Shown here: positions 61,329 through 64,000 of the stretch, piece after piece
Numbering within the stretch: the first letter of the stretch is position 1
How the letters are laid out: every line of letters begins with the position of its first letter
Source: Euglena gracilis
Lineage: Eukaryota
Length of the DNA: 64,000 nt
Direction of reading: 5' to 3'
Assembly: GCA_039621445.1 (NCBI GenBank)
Contig: CP154954.1
Coordinates: forward strand, 7,265,425-7,329,424
Notes under the pieces: model-generated
Databases searched by the model: none
What the model was told of the DNA's origin: nothing
The model's input: the letters and a program-made list of their open reading frames with translations, nothing else
Translations under genes and position numbers: made by a program

Positions 61329-64000
61329 AAGCACCTGCGAAGAAGGAGAAGAAATATCTGGTGAAGAAGGCGGCGAAGGAAGAGAAGGAAAGATGGGCGC
61401 TGGACCTGTTCACCGGAACTGGCAGTGTCAGAAGAGCGCTGGAGAAGATGGGCTTCAAGGTGATCAGCGTGGACTGGGACAGAAGTGGAAGCCGGACATC
61501 GTGGCCGACGTGAGGAAGTGGAGGTACTGGGAACAGTACGCTCCCGACTACTTCGAGGTCATCGCGGCGTCCCCGCCCTGTACCGAGTACTCCACAGCCC
61601 TCACCACCCGCTAGAGGAGGCTCCGTATGGCGGACGCGGTGCTGAAGGCCACGAGGGAGCTGGAGGAGTACTTGGCGCCTACGCGGTGGTGGACTGAAAA
61701 CCCGAGGTTCGGCTTGCTGCGGTGGCGACGAGTCCTGCGCGGAGTGCGGTACGTGGATATCGACTACTGCCGCTTCGCGGAGTACGGGTATCGCAAGCCG
61801 ACCCGCTTCTGGGTCAGCGACGCGATGGCGAAGGAGCTGGAAGACGTCATCTGTGGTGGAAGGTGCGGCAGTATGGTGAAAGGACCAGACGGCGTACGAC
61901 GACATCGCCTGCAGCTGGGAGGCAGTGGCGGCGAGCGCAGGTGCACAAGGGAGGAGGCTTACCGCATCCCGGAGGGGGTGGTGCGGTACCTGTGCCTGGG
62001 GGAGAAAGCACGGGAAGAAGTGGCGGCGGCAGAGGAGGCGAAGAAGGTGCGGAAGGTGGTGGTGCGGCCGTGGCAGCACCTCCCGAACCGGCCGTTCACG
62101 GTCGGCCGGATGGAGCACCGTGGGGGGTGCTACCAGCTGCTGATGGACGTGGAGGTGGAGGCAGGCGGGATGAAGGTCCAGACGAAGGCGTTGATCGATC
62201 CGGGGGGGCAGACCTCCCTCGTGAAGAAGGAGCTGTTCCCGGAGTCGGTGTTCCACGCGGCAACAAGACCCTTGGTGCTGCGCACGGTGAGCGTAGAAGC
62301 ACTACCCGGAGGACAACGAGAAGCAGAGCTGAAGCTGTCCTTCGCGGCCCAGACTGATGACGAGGAGCGGAGACCGAGGACGTGGACGACGAAGGTGGTG
62401 GCGTACGACGGCTGCATCAGCACGGATATGATCCTGGGGTATCCGTGGCTGCGGGAGAACCGGCTGGAGGTCCAGCCATGGCGCGACACCTTGCAGCTCC
62501 ACGCGGACCCAAAGTGGATCCTGAGGCGGCGTGGAGACGAAGAGAAGAAGGAGGAAGATGATGATGAAGACGAAGACGAGCTGGACGGCTACCTCTCCAC
62601 GGTGAAGAAGATGCGGCAGCTGACCACGGACGAGGGCACAGACCGAGTAGTGGCGATGATGCTGAAGGAGGCCGAAGAAGCGGCGAAGGCGGTGCGAGGG
62701 GTGGTGGAGACGGAAGATGATGTCGACCATCCCTTGGCGCGGCAGCTGCGGGACGAGATCATCAACGAGTTCGAAGGCCGGGTGTTCCGTGAGCGGGTCT
62801 GGCCGTGTCCCCCGGCGCGGGGCACCCATGGGAAGGCAGTGCTGAGGCTGAAGCCGGGAGCAACCCCGGTGGTGGGCCGGATCATCAACCTCAAGGGCGA
62901 GCGGCTGGAGGCCCTGAGGGAGATGGAGCGGGAGTGCCTGGCGGACGGCAAGCTGGAGGCGGGGCGGGGGCCGTGGAGGGCGGCCGCCTTCCCCATCCGC
63001 AAGAAGTCGGGCAAGTGGAGGCTGGTGTGCGACTACAGCTTGACCAACAAGATGCTGCAGATGGACTCCTACCCCCTACCGCTGACGGAGGACATCGTGA
63101 GCGAGCAGGCGAAGTGCGAGATCTTCTCGACGGTGGACCTGCGGGACGCCTTCCACCAGGTGGCCATGGCGGAGGAAAGCCGACCCATCACCAACATCCA
63201 CCTGCCCGGCGGCCTCTGGCAGTGGACCGTGGTGCCCCAGGGCATCAACGTCGGTCCGGCGCTGCTCCAGAGGGACATCGACGCGACCTGCCGCAACGTC
63301 TCCGCCCACACCCCACCCCTACTTTGACGACATCCTGGTGAGCACGAGGCGGCTGCCGGGGTGGAGCGACGAGGAGCTGATCAGGCGGCACGCGGGGGAT
63401 CTGCGCGAGACCCTGCGGGCGCTGGAGGCGGATCGGTGGGTGGCGGATAAGAAGAAGGCGCAGCTGTTCCGCAAGAGGGCGGAGTTCGTGGGGCACGTGC
63501 TGGTGGAGGGCAAGCGCGTGCCCGCGAGCGGCAAGCTGGCGGCGGTGCAGCGGTGGCAACCCCCGGCCAATGTGATGAGTTTGCGCGCTTTTCTCGGCCT
63601 CTGCAATTATTATTCAGGGTATGTACGTATGTACTCGGAGCTGGTCGCCCCCCTGCAGGAGAAACTGAAGCTACCGCGGGATTTGTCCCGGGCAGGCAGC
63701 AAGCACCCCATCGGGTGGTCCGCGGCCGAGCTGGAGGCATTCGAGAAGCTGAAGGCAGCGCTGGTGGCGGACCTGGAGCTGTGGCACGTGGACATGAACA
63801 AACCGTTCGTGTTGCGCACGGACGCCTCTGACTATGCGGTGGGCGCTGTGCTGGAGCAGCTACCGAAGGTGGAGGGCATCCCCTCGGTGGAGGAGCTCCT
63901 GAAGCCCGGGGCGACGGTGGCGCTGCGCTTCATGAGAAGGAAGCTGACGGAGGGGCAGCGGCTGCGGTGGGACACCCGCGAAAAGGAGACGTACGCGGTG
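61329..64000 (+). mobile_element. pol: Family D Ty3/Gypsy pol: DNMT-protease-RT-RNase H, running off the window, degenerate
   Basis: ALIDPGG..ILGYPWL; WRLVCDY; YPLP; VDLRDAFHQV; YFDD at 63320-63331 after a frameshift; LRTDASDYAVGAVLEQ ~63810-63860; GC-rich, unlike A-C. Confidence 0.92.
61390..61995 (+). pseudogene. C5-cytosine DNA methyltransferase domain at the N-terminal side of family D pol (frameshift near 61480, stop at 61612)
   Basis: Motif I DLFTGTGS, II VISVD, III ADV, IV ASPPCTEYS, VI WWTENP, VIII-like DYC..YGYRKPTRFW, C-terminal YRIP. Confidence 0.85.

Noticed and set aside
61021..62256. 411-aa minus-strand ORF and many other short overlapping ORFs
   Set aside because: Antisense or shadow frames of GC-rich pol/gag or LTR sequence, often crossing insertion junctions

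Overview
Left end of a eukaryotic chromosome with TTAGGG-type telomeres; the organism cannot be determined from the window. From the end: ~6.3 kb (CCCTAA)n, 18 near-identical copies of a 219-bp satellite, a short internal telomeric tract, a 1.4-kb captured fragment, a second internal telomeric tract, then ~52 kb consisting entirely of nested Ty3/Gypsy-type LTR retrotransposons, here called families A-D. The nesting can be reconstructed from target-site duplications (TSDs). D (+; C5-cytosine methyltransferase-PR-RT-RNase H) was interrupted by A (-). B inserted into A's pol (TSD GATTT) and C into A's 5' LTR (TSD ATCGT). A is broken in RT and present as a ~19-kb inverted duplication (12094-31595 vs 32143-50810) whose distal arm is capped by telomere repeats. 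A, B and C form one unusual lineage: TG...CT LTR termini, very long coiled-coil/RS-rich Gag, an in-frame UAG plus conserved hairpin at gag-pol, a DIRS/Dam-like adenine-methyltransferase domain between protease and RT (A, B), triplicated structured primer-binding sites (B, C), a large extra 3' ORF (B) and a gag-only derivative (C). All copies carry frameshifts or stops, which may be decay or sequencing error. No host gene is evident. All domain calls are by motif recognition by eye; no database searches were run.
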